Virus record (IMG/VR): IMGVR_UViG_3300012936_000008
Location: 8,574 to 72,573 of that record
Source of the DNA: a virus
Length of the DNA: 64,000 nucleotides
Direction: 5' to 3' (one strand)
Below are positions 38,215-47,595 of the stretch, piece after piece; the stretch's first letter is position 1; each line of letters starts with the position of its first letter. Made by a program: the position numbers and the translations under genes. The notes below the pieces were generated by a model. That model was not told where the DNA came from. It searched no databases and worked only from the letters and a program-made list of their open reading frames with translations.

Positions 38215-41200
38215 TTAAAAGTCCTCGGGATTCTTTGCGCCATTGAACAAATTGTCTACATCAGTAGAGAAATCTGAGATTTTTGAGTCAAGTGTCTCTT
38301 CATAATCGAAATCTTCGTCATAAAATTTCTTCCAGGTATCATCTTCAAACTGAATGTCACTAATTTTATCAAATTTACCCTTCTTGTACTGCTTCTGCAA
38401 CAGTTTTTTGTCGCCAGGGTCGTAAGAAGAGTTGTGAACCTTGCGATCTGGTATCGGTGGGTTGGGTTGAACCACCTCATTACGCTCATCGAAGATGCCA
38501 CCACCACATTCATCGAAGAATGGGTTGCCCATATTACGTGCAGTCTGTCCAAATGCAATAGTAGCACCCGTACTCCAATTCTTAATACCCATAGTTCCTG
38601 AGTATGGACCCATCATGATACCAAGTTGGTTCATTAACTGAGGGTCAATAGCGATAGACAAGTCATTGACATACTCTAACGCGAACTCATTAGCGGGAGA
38701 TGCGGATCCACTACCACCACCATAGATGATTCTGTATACGTACGACAGAGTATACCAGCAGGCACCACCACCGAAGTAACCTTGCATCGATGTACCGAAC
38801 CCATTGTAGACTCCCTGCCTGTTCTCACCAGGATCTTCCCAGAAAGTATATCCAGGAGATCTGCCCTGAGTCTGGGCATTACCGCTTCCCTGAGGATAAT
38901 ACGCTGAATAGACATCAAGTACCCCATCGGGGTTTCCATCGCCCTGTGAGCGCCTTACATAGGTGTCCCAGCACTCTTCTGCTGGCATACCGTTAGACAG
39001 TCGTTTGATCGATGCTGTATAGAACGGAGGAGTTGTATAGGTAGCACCAGCACCACCAGACGGACCAATGTATTCAGGGTCGGTAGGTGGCAGACCATTA
39101 CCAGGATCAGTGGTCGTAGGAGTTGTATAGTTCGTTGCAGTTCTTTCTCTGTATGATGCAATGTTCTCACCTAACCAAACTTTCAACTGTTCCATTTCAT
39201 TATCACCGATGACATTACCATCATCATCTTTGATAGTGTTCTCCCAGTCGAAAGTGTTCTCGTCCAAACCAACAGGAACGAAGACAACATCATTACCACC
39301 AGAGGGATCCCAGTAGCAGCGACCTTCGATCTCACCACCTGCTGCTGCAAGGTTACGAGTACATTTCCAACAGTTCTTTGGATCATTGTCAACAACAACT
39401 TCTCTTGGTTGTGTCAGTGTAGGTTGTGGGAGGTTATGTAAGAACTCCATAAACTCTTCACCGACCTTACCCTTAGTTCTACCACGAACAGAGAGGTTGA
39501 CTTTGAAGTGACCGTTGTCTGACTTAGAACCACAATACTTATAGACGATCCATCCGAATGCCCTACCAGTCTCTCTATCAATATACGGACAGGGGAGATC
39601 TTTGAATCGTGTGACGTTATAGAACTTAGGTTGTGGGATAGAAATACATTCGTTGCCTGAGTTCCAACCATACAGGTCAGACAATCTCTCATGAACTCTG
39701 TCTGCCTCAGCACCAGCATTCAGTGCCTGATTGTATTCCACATTGTACATATCTCTAAACGGTTCAACGTTTGAGATCAATGCTTTCAAATCCTTGAAGT
39801 CAGGGATTGCCTTACCAACTAGTTGTGGCATTCTGATCTTGACACAAGATGCAGGGATAGGACTACACAACTGAGTCTGTTCGATTTCATCAACCTGACC
39901 CACTTTGATATATCCTGTGGGGTACTTGGCATTGAAACCATTCATCATGGTTTGCATAGAACCAATAGTACCGTCGTCTAGAACACTAAGTTGTGACTTC
40001 TTCAAATCAGACTGCTGCCTGACTACATCTTTCAGAGTCTTGCGCTTTGCCTTTGCTGATTCTACTCTACCCTTATCATTAATGTCACCACCTGAGATAC
40101 TAAAATCATTAGACTTAGGTGACACAGTATCTTTATAGACTTCCTGCGCTTTCTTGGTATTAGGACCGCGCATCCGATACTCTTCCTCTTCTAGTTCTAC
40201 AACAAAGATTCTAGGAGGGTTGTTGGGATCAGGATCATAACCACGACCTCTATTCTTAATAGTGATTTCTAGGATAGAACCATTACCGTCTATCTTAGAA
40301 ATTTCCAACTCAGCAGCTTTCATGTTCTGCTTACGACGGTCTTCACTACTAGAAGTTTTCAGTTCCTTCTCAGATGCTTTAATAACTGCCAGGACGGTTT
40401 TCTCCTCATCCTGGTCCATACCTTCGATTTTAATTTTTGAGTTCTTTGCGTAAGGATAGTCTTCCTGACGCTCCTGCATATTTTTCTTGAAGTCCTTCTT
40501 CAAGGTAGACTTTGTATTCTTCTTGATTCTCTTGAAGTTGAAGTTATAGTCTTCACCGTCATAGTTTTCTAGTTTGTTCGTTGGTGATCTGAATCTAGGA
40601 ACTTCGTACTCCATCTGACTCACGACTTCCCTAGTCATATCCATAGCAGCATACTCATTCAAGATAACAGGATCTTGAATCACAATTTGCGGGTTCCTAT
40701 ATCCGAATCCCGCATTGTCAATCCTGACACTTTGAATCCTGCCGCGCTCATTGACAGTACAAGATACCTCTGCCTGGTCAAGAGTCTTACTGTGTACCAG
40801 TGCAGTCTTATCAATCTCTACTTTGTAGTAACTAAGTTGTTTGGGGAACTCATATACACCAAAGAATCCCGCACGATCCTTTACACCGAACCCAGCAATG
40901 ATCTCAATCTGTGCAGCGTCCTTACCTTTTGGTGTAAAGATCTGTCCAGCAGTGAACTTACGCCCTCTGCCAGTCAACTCCATGTAACCACAGCGGAGTT
41001 TATTACCAAAGTATCCGTGCTCACCGATCTCCCATCCGTTAATAGTGTCACCTTGCTGGTATCTGTCCAGTCCACCAGTGATATAGCGGAACAGAATCGT
41101 AGTAGATTCCGTATCCACAGTCTTAAAACAGTTCTCTACATCACCATCTGCGAAGTTGGTCAGTGTAAGTGAGGTATTAGTTGTCTTCCAGGAGTCAGGT

Positions 41201-42681
41201 CTGATCTCATAGAAGTGTGAGTGATACTCTTTTGTGACATATTGCTCGTCACACACGCACTGGTCATCGTATTCATCACCAGTACCGATACTTCTGTTCG
41301 GACATTGGTTCCTATCACTGATAGAATACTGTACTGAGAAGATAGGACCCTTCCATGGGTACGTAGTATTGTACACATAGTATACAAACTGCGAGTCAAA
41401 TGCCGTATGGAATTCCAAATACTTCGGTACAGCACCTTTGACTCCGCCGTTCTTACCGTAGATCCACTCAAAGTACGCATCACGATTCAGTAGTGGACAG
41501 TAGTCAGGGTGTCCCCAGCGGAAATCTGGTTTACCATTGCTACCTTTGTAACTTGCTGCGTAGGATCCGCTATACCTATTCTGTCGGAAAGTAGTAGGTG
41601 ACCAGATTGCCTGACCATATGCATCATATAATTTCAGTCCACCGTTACCTGCATCAAACTGTGCCTCATAATTCTCATGCACATAGACAGCAGCAGTCGT
41701 TCCTCCGTTAGAGTAGTGTCCAGCAAGGTCAGGTTCTTCCCAGTCATACCATCCAGAGCGGGTGGCATAGTCAACTGGTGAGGAATATCCAATAGGACCG
41801 ATCAGTCCTTTGTCTTCGTATACTCTTCTATTACCAGATCCTGAGTCTTGTGTGAACACATACCCAACAATACCCACATAGTCATACTCTTCATCGCGGG
41901 GATCCTTACAATCAGGTACACCAGACACACCACGTTCTAGGTTGACTTCCCCAGCAGGGTTAGCAGTATAGAAGTGATCCCTCTGTGATGTACTACTACT
42001 CTTGTAATACTCATACAAAGGTACTGCTGTCTCATTAGTGTCCGCATACTCTTGTGCATCTGCTAGTGTATTAAACACATAACCGATGATCTCAATATAC
42101 ACATACCCACTACCAGGACCCCCAGAGGAGGACGCAGGGTTGTACTCGTTATTGTTTGCTACTAACCATGTATCATTCTTATCATTCTCGTACCAATGGT
42201 GCAGTGCCTTGGTCTTACCAGGTTTAGCAGTTCGCGCACAAAAGAATACAGGAGAACCATTGCGGGGTTCTGCATTATATGATTTCTTTACACCACCACT
42301 TGTAGGTCCAGTCTGCTCACCTGTGAAGTCAGTAGGCCAACGTAATGTCTGTCTAGGGGTATACTTATGATCCTTACCGCCCCTATACCAACGGTAGATA
42401 GGTTGTCTTGTATAGTCGCACTCGTCTAGTTCAATCCCTGTCCCATCAGGATCAAAACATTGTTCGTCATTGTCTCCGATATAATATACACGATCACTTG
42501 CAAACACAGCAGTTCCAGGACCATCATCGTTAAAGGTGATCCTGTAATTAGTGCCTGGTCCTGAATGATGAGCATGACTTTCATAGTCTCCGTTAGAGGG
42601 ACGTTGCCATGTCTTCTTGTATTCCCCTCCATCATCGACGTTAGGGAAACTCCGACCAGTTTCATTAATAAAAATTGCCAT
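38215..42681 (-). CDS. Large putative virion structural protein (1488 aa)
   Basis: Three PxYR/HxYT...YxxxGIxGYVF repeats (DUF5648-like) near the N-terminus; GxGYxxP repeats shared with the baseplate proteins. Confidence 0.7.
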   Translation of the reverse strand: MAIFINETGRSFPNVDDGGEYKKTWQRPSNGDYESHAHHSGPGTNYRITFNDDGPGTAVFASDRVYYIGDNDEQCFDPDGTGIELDECDYTRQPIYRWYRGGKDHKYTPRQTLRWPTDFTGEQTGPTSGGVKKSYNAEPRNGSPVFFCARTAKPGKTKALHHWYENDKNDTWLVANNNEYNPASSSGGPGSGYVYIEIIGYVFNTLADAQEYADTNETAVPLYEYYKSSSTSQRDHFYTANPAGEVNLERGVSGVPDCKDPRDEEYDYVGIVGYVFTQDSGSGNRRVYEDKGLIGPIGYSSPVDYATRSGWYDWEEPDLAGHYSNGGTTAAVYVHENYEAQFDAGNGGLKLYDAYGQAIWSPTTFRQNRYSGSYAASYKGSNGKPDFRWGHPDYCPLLNRDAYFEWIYGKNGGVKGAVPKYLEFHTAFDSQFVYYVYNTTYPWKGPIFSVQYSISDRNQCPNRSIGTGDEYDDQCVCDEQYVTKEYHSHFYEIRPDSWKTTNTSLTLTNFADGDVENCFKTVDTESTTILFRYITGGLDRYQQGDTINGWEIGEHGYFGNKLRCGYMELTGRGRKFTAGQIFTPKGKDAAQIEIIAGFGVKDRAGFFGVYEFPKQLSYYKVEIDKTALVHSKTLDQAEVSCTVNERGRIQSVRIDNAGFGYRNPQIVIQDPVILNEYAAMDMTREVVSQMEYEVPRFRSPTNKLENYDGEDYNFNFKRIKKNTKSTLKKDFKKNMQERQEDYPYAKNSKIKIEGMDQDEEKTVLAVIKASEKELKTSSSEDRRKQNMKAAELEISKIDGNGSILEITIKNRGRGYDPDPNNPPRIFVVELEEEEYRMRGPNTKKAQEVYKDTVSPKSNDFSISGGDINDKGRVESAKAKRKTLKDVVRQQSDLKKSQLSVLDDGTIGSMQTMMNGFNAKYPTGYIKVGQVDEIEQTQLCSPIPASCVKIRMPQLVGKAIPDFKDLKALISNVEPFRDMYNVEYNQALNAGAEADRVHERLSDLYGWNSGNECISIPQPKFYNVTRFKDLPCPYIDRETGRAFGWIVYKYCGSKSDNGHFKVNLSVRGRTKGKVGEEFMEFLHNLPQPTLTQPREVVVDNDPKNCWKCTRNLAAAGGEIEGRCYWDPSGGNDVVFVPVGLDENTFDWENTIKDDDGNVIGDNEMEQLKVWLGENIASYRERTATNYTTPTTTDPGNGLPPTDPEYIGPSGGAGATYTTPPFYTASIKRLSNGMPAEECWDTYVRRSQGDGNPDGVLDVYSAYYPQGSGNAQTQGRSPGYTFWEDPGENRQGVYNGFGTSMQGYFGGGACWYTLSYVYRIIYGGGSGSASPANEFALEYVNDLSIAIDPQLMNQLGIMMGPYSGTMGIKNWSTGATIAFGQTARNMGNPFFDECGGGIFDERNEVVQPNPPIPDRKVHNSSYDPGDKKLLQKQYKKGKFDKISDIQFEDDTWKKFYDEDFDYEETLDSKISDFSTDVDNLFNGAKNPEDF

Positions 42682-42929
42682 TAAGGTTCTAGGACTTTTA
42701 TGCGCTCTTCCAACATATTTAGACGCACATACAGATCATCAAAGAGTTGTTTGATGTTCAGATAGTCCTGATACCCCTCAGGTTTGTACTTAATCATATC
42801 CGCCCCTGGTTGAGGCATCCGCCCTATCGCTTTCTCTACGGTACTTAGACGACCACTCAGGTTCTCCATGCCCTTTGCAATCATCTCCATGTGCTCCTTG
42901 TATACATCAAGGAATTCAGTGTCGTTCAT
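42681..42929 (-). CDS. Hypothetical coiled-coil protein (82 aa)
   Basis: Heptad pattern; stop overlaps the next start (TAATG). Confidence 0.7.
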   Translation of the reverse strand: MNDTEFLDVYKEHMEMIAKGMENLSGRLSTVEKAIGRMPQPGADMIKYKPEGYQDYLNIKQLFDDLYVRLNMLEERIKVLEP

Positions 42930-42961
42930 AGTTTAATCTCTCAGGGTTCGACGCGGTTTTT

Positions 42962-43129
42962 TCAAGCGTCTTCGGATTTTTTTAGAATAATAGATCCATC
43001 TATATCCTCACTCCATTCTAACATGGTGCCCTCATGCCATCCTAACTCATCTATTAGTTCCTCAGGCAGGGTGATGAAACAGTTATCTTCATCGTCTACC
43101 TCTACTGGTAGTGTGAATCTCTTCGACAT
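42962..43129 (-). CDS. AbrB/MazE/SpoVT-like small DNA-binding protein (55 aa), not in the ORF track
   Basis: MSKRFTLPVEVDDEDNCFITLPEELIDELGWHEGTMLEWSEDIDGSIILKK matches the ITLP...LG..EG..LE....G.I.L swapped-hairpin pattern. Confidence 0.7.
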   Translation of the reverse strand: MSKRFTLPVEVDDEDNCFITLPEELIDELGWHEGTMLEWSEDIDGSIILKKSEDA

Positions 43130-43142
43130 ACGCTTTGTGCTA

Positions 43143-43688
43143 CTATGATTCTATATAGGGTCTGATATTTTTACGATGTTTCAACCGTAACACTACCTCT
43201 GTATTATCACACCAATACTGTTGTCGGATGATATCGGTTACCTGGGATAATTCATGTGCAGGGTGGTGTAACATAAATCCATCTCCGAGGTATATACCAC
43301 AGTGATTGCATGTTTTCCCCTCCTTCCAAGAATAACCGCCTTCTAGGCGGTCCAGGAACAGTCTCATGATCATTACGTCCCCTACCTCAAAGTTATCGAT
43401 GGGGGTGGTTTCCCATAGAGATCCTTTGTAGACTGTGATAGCGCCCCCCTGCCTCTGCACCTCCTCTTCGATTAACTGAGGTTGAAACAAATACTTTCTT
43501 TGTGCTGGGTAGTCAAACAGATCCCTACCATAGTAATGATTGTAAAACTCTCGGACGATCTGGTAACACCCTCCCAGACTCTTGCCCTTGAAGGCACGAG
43601 GCCAGGGGCGACCTACCCACTCCTTCCAGACCTCTGCAACCTCATAGTTATATGGGCGGCGATCATCTGGAAGGTTGCTGTGAGACAT
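43143..43688 (-). CDS. NlpC/P60-family peptidase, tail-assembly K-like (181 aa)
   Basis: WVGRPW...GCYQIVREFY (catalytic Cys), GDVMIM, NHCGIYLGDGFMLHH. Confidence 0.85.
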   Translation of the reverse strand: MSHSNLPDDRRPYNYEVAEVWKEWVGRPWPRAFKGKSLGGCYQIVREFYNHYYGRDLFDYPAQRKYLFQPQLIEEEVQRQGGAITVYKGSLWETTPIDNFEVGDVMIMRLFLDRLEGGYSWKEGKTCNHCGIYLGDGFMLHHPAHELSQVTDIIRQQYWCDNTEVVLRLKHRKNIRPYIES

Positions 43689-43857
43689 AGTGAAATGTAT
43701 GTGAGTTCATCCCTGAGGGAGATGTTTTTACCTGGGAAATTTTTTGTGGGTGGGGGAAACGGAAACATGAATAATATCTCGACCGCTCTGGGATACTGTT
43801 ATAGCTTAGACAATAGGTACTTTTTAATATACGGTTACTGTCATTTAGTGGGACAGA

Positions 43858-44052
43858 TTAACTGTCCCCAGTAACAACATCATAACAGTATCCTTCCATG
43901 ATTAGGTAGTCACACCACTGTGTATATTGTGTGAGTTGTTCATTCAAACCAGTGTCAATCAGGAACTGTGCTAGATCAATTTGTTCATCAGGTGGTAGAC
44001 TACCAGCATCATAAAGATCTAGCAGAGTTTCATACTTAGCGGGGATACTCAT
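43858..44052 (-). CDS. Hypothetical protein (64 aa)
   Basis: ATGA overlap with the upstream ORF. Confidence 0.65.
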   Translation of the reverse strand: MSIPAKYETLLDLYDAGSLPPDEQIDLAQFLIDTGLNEQLTQYTQWCDYLIMEGYCYDVVTGDS

Positions 44053-44216
44053 TGTGATGAATAGCGGAGTGAGTCTGTGAGTGCTTGTTGATAGTTAGTG
44101 AAGGGACCATACTTAGGACAACCGTCGTAATCGTATCGCCAAAAGTGTTTACGACGGTCCTCCCAGATCTGTACACTAACAGGGGGATTAGTATCGAGTT
44201 TAATACTTTTACTCAT
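44049..44216 (-). CDS. Hypothetical protein (55 aa), not in the ORF track
   Basis: MSKSIKLDTNPPVSVQIWEDRRKHFWRYDYDGCPKYGPFTNYQQALTDSLRYSSQ; ATGA overlaps at both ends. Confidence 0.65.
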   Translation of the reverse strand: MSKSIKLDTNPPVSVQIWEDRRKHFWRYDYDGCPKYGPFTNYQQALTDSLRYSSQ

Positions 44217-44338
44217 TGTACATCACTGGGGTGGGTGTTGTCAATCGTCTCGTAATACATGTCCTCATAATCTAACCCGTCATCATCATCACTGTCTAGG
44301 ATGTCATCGATCCAGTCAGTCTGTGGAATTTCATTCAT
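44213..44338 (-). CDS. Small acidic hypothetical protein (41 aa)
   Basis: MNEIPQTDWIDDILDSDDDDGLDYEDMYYE...; overlaps both neighbours. Confidence 0.55.
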   Translation of the reverse strand: MNEIPQTDWIDDILDSDDDDGLDYEDMYYETIDNTHPSDVQ

Positions 44339-44507
44339 AGTCTTCTGGGTTGAATCGTTGGTTTGATTGGTGTTTCCTTGTGGAAAAGTCTGTGGAATTG
44401 TCATCAGTGTAGCGGCGAGAATCGTTGCCTCCATACTGTCGTTTTTCCCTAATAGATTTGGGGCGACGAGAGTTATGCAGGTCGTTTCGTTTGTAAGTCC
44501 TACCCAT
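44331..44507 (-). CDS. Small hypothetical protein with a basic N-terminus (58 aa), not in the ORF track
   Basis: MGRTYKRNDLHNSRRPKSIREKRQ...; first ORF after the promoter at 44546-44574. Confidence 0.65.
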   Translation of the reverse strand: MGRTYKRNDLHNSRRPKSIREKRQYGGNDSRRYTDDNSTDFSTRKHQSNQRFNPEDYE

Positions 44508-44545
44508 GAGATTGGTCGATTAGTAGTCGATCAGAGAACAATGTA

Positions 44546-44603
44546 ATTATGTAGCAAACGGGCAGTTATGTCAAGGGGTTTGTGACAGTAACTGTGCCGT
44601 CCT
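44546..44603 (-). promoter_or_regulatory. Sigma70-like early promoter with upstream pseudo-palindromic motif
   Basis: TTGACA-17-CATAAT (44574-44546), preceded by AGGACG-N9-CTGTCAC. Confidence 0.75.
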
Positions 44604-44610
44604 GTGAGTG

Positions 44611-44639
44611 TTGACAAGGAGCGCGTGATCGTATACACT
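44611..44639 (+). promoter_or_regulatory. Divergent sigma70-like promoter with no credible downstream plus-strand ORF
   Basis: TTGACA (44611-44616), 17 nt spacer, TACACT (44634-44639). Confidence 0.6.
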
Positions 44640-44724
44640 CCAAGGTGACATACTTATGAGACATTAATGAGATGAATTGAACAGACAAGTAGATTTATTT
44701 GTATATTTAATTAATTCACAGTAT

Positions 44725-44754
44725 TGTGGAAAACGTTCCGCAAACTGTGGAAAA
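44725..44754 (-). repeat. Two DnaA-box-like TTTTCCACA direct repeats 21 bp apart (third copy at 44379-44387)
   Basis: Plus strand tgtggaaaa at 44725-44733 and 44746-44754, next to an AT-rich tract at about 44690-44720. Confidence 0.6.
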
Positions 44755-44759
44755 CTGTA

Positions 44760-45386
44760 TCAAACTGGGATAACATTAAAGGTGAGGGCAACTCTATTAT
44801 CTGAGGGATTTGATTCATATCCATGGGTAAGATTTGATGGATAGATGAGAACATCACCCTGAGAGTAAGGAACTGTTGCCTCTTGTAAGTTGAATGCGGT
44901 CATTGTTTCAAATGGGAGCATCATGACAGGGAACATTTGAGACATGACATTTCTTTTGAATTTAAGAAATGCATGTTGTTCTGGGTCGTAGTTAATGAAG
45001 AACGTAGCAGAGAATAAACAATTAGAGTGCTCGTGTGGGGCATAGATAGCACCCTTAGATGCTAGTTCAACATAACAGTCAGAGATAGCAAAGTTTGATG
45101 CATAAGAGAGACCTGATTCGTTGTGCTTTCGTGCTATGTCTAAGAAGGCAGATTTAAGATCTGGCATATCTTCTAAGATCTTATTTGTTGGTCCTATCTG
45201 TTGGACATTATGGCAGATTGCATGGCGGTCGTGGTCAACGAAATCTTCATTCTTCATCCAGTTAAGAACAGGTTGAACGAAATCTGTGAGATCGTATTTT
45301 GTAACGGGCGTCATGAATAACCCGTAAGTTTCAAACTGAACTACCTCATCGAGAGTATCAGAGAGGTTGACTGTTTTATCTGCCAT
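44760..45386 (-). CDS. 2OG-Fe(II) oxygenase, TIGR02466-like (208 aa)
   Basis: LFMTPV, HEHSN, GDVLIYPSNLTH, RVALTFN. Confidence 0.85.
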   Translation of the reverse strand: MADKTVNLSDTLDEVVQFETYGLFMTPVTKYDLTDFVQPVLNWMKNEDFVDHDRHAICHNVQQIGPTNKILEDMPDLKSAFLDIARKHNESGLSYASNFAISDCYVELASKGAIYAPHEHSNCLFSATFFINYDPEQHAFLKFKRNVMSQMFPVMMLPFETMTAFNLQEATVPYSQGDVLIYPSNLTHGYESNPSDNRVALTFNVIPV

Positions 45387-45455
45387 GATGTGAAGAATTG
45401 AAAGTGGTTGACGTATTATATAGTGATGTTGATTTAAGGGGCGTTGTAGACGCTC

Positions 45456-45614
45456 TCAGCGCACTCGTAGAGCGTTGTTGATCTTCCTTTGGATGTCAGA
45501 TGTGGGGCGGATAGCATCAGCGGTTGCCTCTAATCCATCTGCAATCGTGTGACGTACTTCTGGGGAGTTGTAGCAAAGGACGCCGATGATTGCAACGAGG
45601 ATGAGTTTAGTCAT
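45456..45614 (-). CDS. Small membrane-anchored hypothetical protein (52 aa)
   Basis: MTKLILVAIIGVLCYNSPEVRHTIADGL...; hydrophobic N-terminus. Confidence 0.55.
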   Translation of the reverse strand: MTKLILVAIIGVLCYNSPEVRHTIADGLEATADAIRPTSDIQRKINNALRVR

Positions 45615-45656
45615 TTGAGTGAGTGAAGATGTAGAGGAGAGAATAAAATAAAATTG

Positions 45657-45839
45657 TCATTGTAAGAGAGATGTAAATTTTATCTGTGCTGCTTCACTAA
45701 TAGCAGGAAGATAACCGAGTTCTGATTGTTGATCTAGTGCGTCGAGTTGATCACTAGTTAAGTTGTGGGAGATTCTATATTCTTCCCATGCCTCATCATA
45801 ACATGTTTCGTAGAGAGATTCATGATGTAAAATACTCAT
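45657..45839 (-). CDS. Hypothetical early protein (60 aa)
   Basis: MSILHHESLYETCYDEAWEE...; TGATG overlap with the upstream gene. Confidence 0.65.
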   Translation of the reverse strand: MSILHHESLYETCYDEAWEEYRISHNLTSDQLDALDQQSELGYLPAISEAAQIKFTSLLQ

Positions 45840-46171
45840 CAACCCAACCTCATTGAAGAAAAGAAAGGAACGATTGAGACACCTTGTGCAGTGTTCATTG
45901 AGACATACCAATCAAAGTTCTTTGCAAAAACTCTATCGTTAGGTTCGCCATTCTCTTGAAGAATAGCATTAAGGCGAGACTTAGTGGTGTTGGACTGCCA
46001 ACCGCCATCAAATAAGCGGATGAAACCTTCACCGATTTCTGCAATTTTGTTGCCGTGAAGTCTCACGATTGAGATCTGCTCTTCTTCGTTGAAGTGAACA
46101 GTGGTGTTGCCTGATGTCCAGTTGGTTGAATTAGCGATGGCGGTGTTCATTGCCTGCTCGATTTTACGCAT
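45839..46171 (-). CDS. Conserved cyanophage early hypothetical protein (110 aa)
   Basis: MRKIEQAMNTAI..WTSGNT..VRLHGNKIAEI..FDGGWQSNTTKSRLNAIL; directly after an early promoter. Confidence 0.75.
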   Translation of the reverse strand: MRKIEQAMNTAIANSTNWTSGNTTVHFNEEEQISIVRLHGNKIAEIGEGFIRLFDGGWQSNTTKSRLNAILQENGEPNDRVFAKNFDWYVSMNTAQGVSIVPFFSSMRLG

Positions 46172-46231
46172 GATGTGAGGTTGAAAGGTTTGCGGCGGTG
46201 GTGGGTTTGTTTCCCCCCCTCGCTTGTTCTT

Positions 46232-46300
46232 ATTGTAGTCTATTTGGGTGCCCCTGTGAAGGGGTTTCTTGAAAATTGGGTACAGTTCGCTGACTGGCAC
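46232..46300 (-). promoter_or_regulatory. Early promoter with upstream motif
   Basis: GTGCCA-N9-CTGTACC followed by TTCACA-17-TACAAT. Confidence 0.7.
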
Positions 46301-46301
46301 A

Positions 46302-46604
46302 TCAGCGGTCGAATTCTCTATATTCTGCGATGTATTGTGTGACTGCTTCGTTTACATATGCTTCAATCAATTCCTTTGCTTCACATACAGTATCAGCACC
46401 GAAGATCTTTTGATAAATTGTCACGCCGTTGTTCAATTCTTGGCGCTGGTTCACACGATACTTAGGAGGATTCACGTTCCCGATGTGCTCACCGTCGAGA
46501 TCTTCGGTGATAGTGAAAGAGGGATAATCCTCGCCAGTGATCCACACTTCCTCAAAATAGTTAATTTTGTCGAGGTCGCGTTGTGATTTCTGAATGATGA
46601 GCAT
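46302..46604 (-). CDS. Hypothetical protein (100 aa)
   Basis: ORF in the co-oriented early cluster. Confidence 0.65.
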   Translation of the reverse strand: MLIIQKSQRDLDKINYFEEVWITGEDYPSFTITEDLDGEHIGNVNPPKYRVNQRQELNNGVTIYQKIFGADTVCEAKELIEAYVNEAVTQYIAEYREFDR

Positions 46605-46639
46605 TTTAATGCGGGAGAGTTGTTGTATATATGCGGAGA

Positions 46640-46813
46640 TTATTGACCGTTCAGGAACTCATGCAGCGCCTCATCATAGTCTTGCTTTGTTTCATATGTG
46701 CGACCATGGATTGTGCGCGGATAAGTTGCATCAAGTCCCGCAGATGCTACCATCATGCAGTCTGCACGATCATAACCCATTTCAACTAGATTTTCGACGT
46801 AAGGATTGTTCAT
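46640..46813 (-). CDS. Hypothetical protein (57 aa)
   Basis: MNNPYVENLVEMGYDRADC...; start chosen to avoid overlap with the upstream gene. Confidence 0.6.
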   Translation of the reverse strand: MNNPYVENLVEMGYDRADCMMVASAGLDATYPRTIHGRTYETKQDYDEALHEFLNGQ

Positions 46814-46868
46814 GTTTGGTTTGTAGATAGTGAGAGAGTTTAGTGAGTCGTTGATGTTATCGAATAGA

Positions 46869-47072
46869 TCAAACATTTGCGCTCTCCCATGCATCGTAGA
46901 ACAGATCCCATGCCTCTTGTTGATGCACAAAGGATGCAATCCCTGACTGGTCAGATACCCAATCATATGCCATATCGATGTCTGCGTTGGTATCAAGGAC
47001 GAAGGATTGCAGACCTTCGATTGCATCGATGAATGCTTCGTTCTTGTGGATCATGTTGTTTTCGTTTTTCAT
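46869..47072 (-). CDS. Hypothetical early protein (67 aa)
   Basis: MKNENNMIHKNEAFIDAIEGLQSFV...; ATG 6 nt after a TATAAT box. Confidence 0.6.
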   Translation of the reverse strand: MKNENNMIHKNEAFIDAIEGLQSFVLDTNADIDMAYDWVSDQSGIASFVHQQEAWDLFYDAWESANV

Positions 47073-47078
47073 ACATCC

Positions 47079-47138
47079 ATTATAGGCACAGGATCCAGGA
47101 TTTCGCTGGTGATCTTGTGCCACCTTGCCAACTGGTTT
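47079..47138 (-). promoter_or_regulatory. Early promoter with upstream motif
   Basis: AAACCA-N9-GTGGCAC, then TATAAT 32 nt downstream. Confidence 0.65.
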
Positions 47139-47404
47139 TATTTGCCGACTCCACACGGATCAGAGGCGCTAGATTCGAGGTCGGAGATGTTTACATCTTC
47201 TTGATCCAATAATTCAGGATAATACTCATTAACCTCTTCAATCAATTCTTCTACACTATATGAGTCAAGATTGTGATCTAATTGATCATAAACCAGTGCA
47301 ATGAGATCTTTAATATCAAGACCATCAATCACGCGGTTGATGTAGTCGTCTTGCAGTTGATCGCGGTCGATGATGTTGTCCTGAGTGTTGCTGGTCATGA
47401 TCAA
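47138..47404 (-). CDS. Acidic hypothetical early protein (88 aa)
   Basis: DRDQLQDDYINRVIDGLD..L..YSVEELIEEVNEYYPELL. Confidence 0.7.
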   Translation of the reverse strand: MIMTSNTQDNIIDRDQLQDDYINRVIDGLDIKDLIALVYDQLDHNLDSYSVEELIEEVNEYYPELLDQEDVNISDLESSASDPCGVGK

Positions 47405-47595
47405 TTAGCGGGTGTGATTTCGATCTTAGAGTAGTAAGGTAATTCTCTCATTACCCACTGTTCTAGTTTGTTGTTCTGTGACTTAATGCCCTTTTGTGTT
47501 GTTGGTTTTGTGGGCATTGTACGTTGAAACTCGATCACTTTGTTGTCACAAGTTTCAACGCGAATGTTGTACGTTTGCGTGGTAGTTTGCATCAA
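47401..47595 (-). CDS. Hypothetical protein (64 aa)
   Basis: Overlap-coupled to both neighbours. Confidence 0.6.
   Translation of the reverse strand: MMQTTTQTYNIRVETCDNKVIEFQRTMPTKPTTQKGIKSQNNKLEQWVMRELPYYSKIEITPAN

Noticed and set aside
43690-43850. Possible tRNA or ncRNA in the intergenic region
   Set aside because: No cloverleaf, T-loop or CCA end was recognisable.
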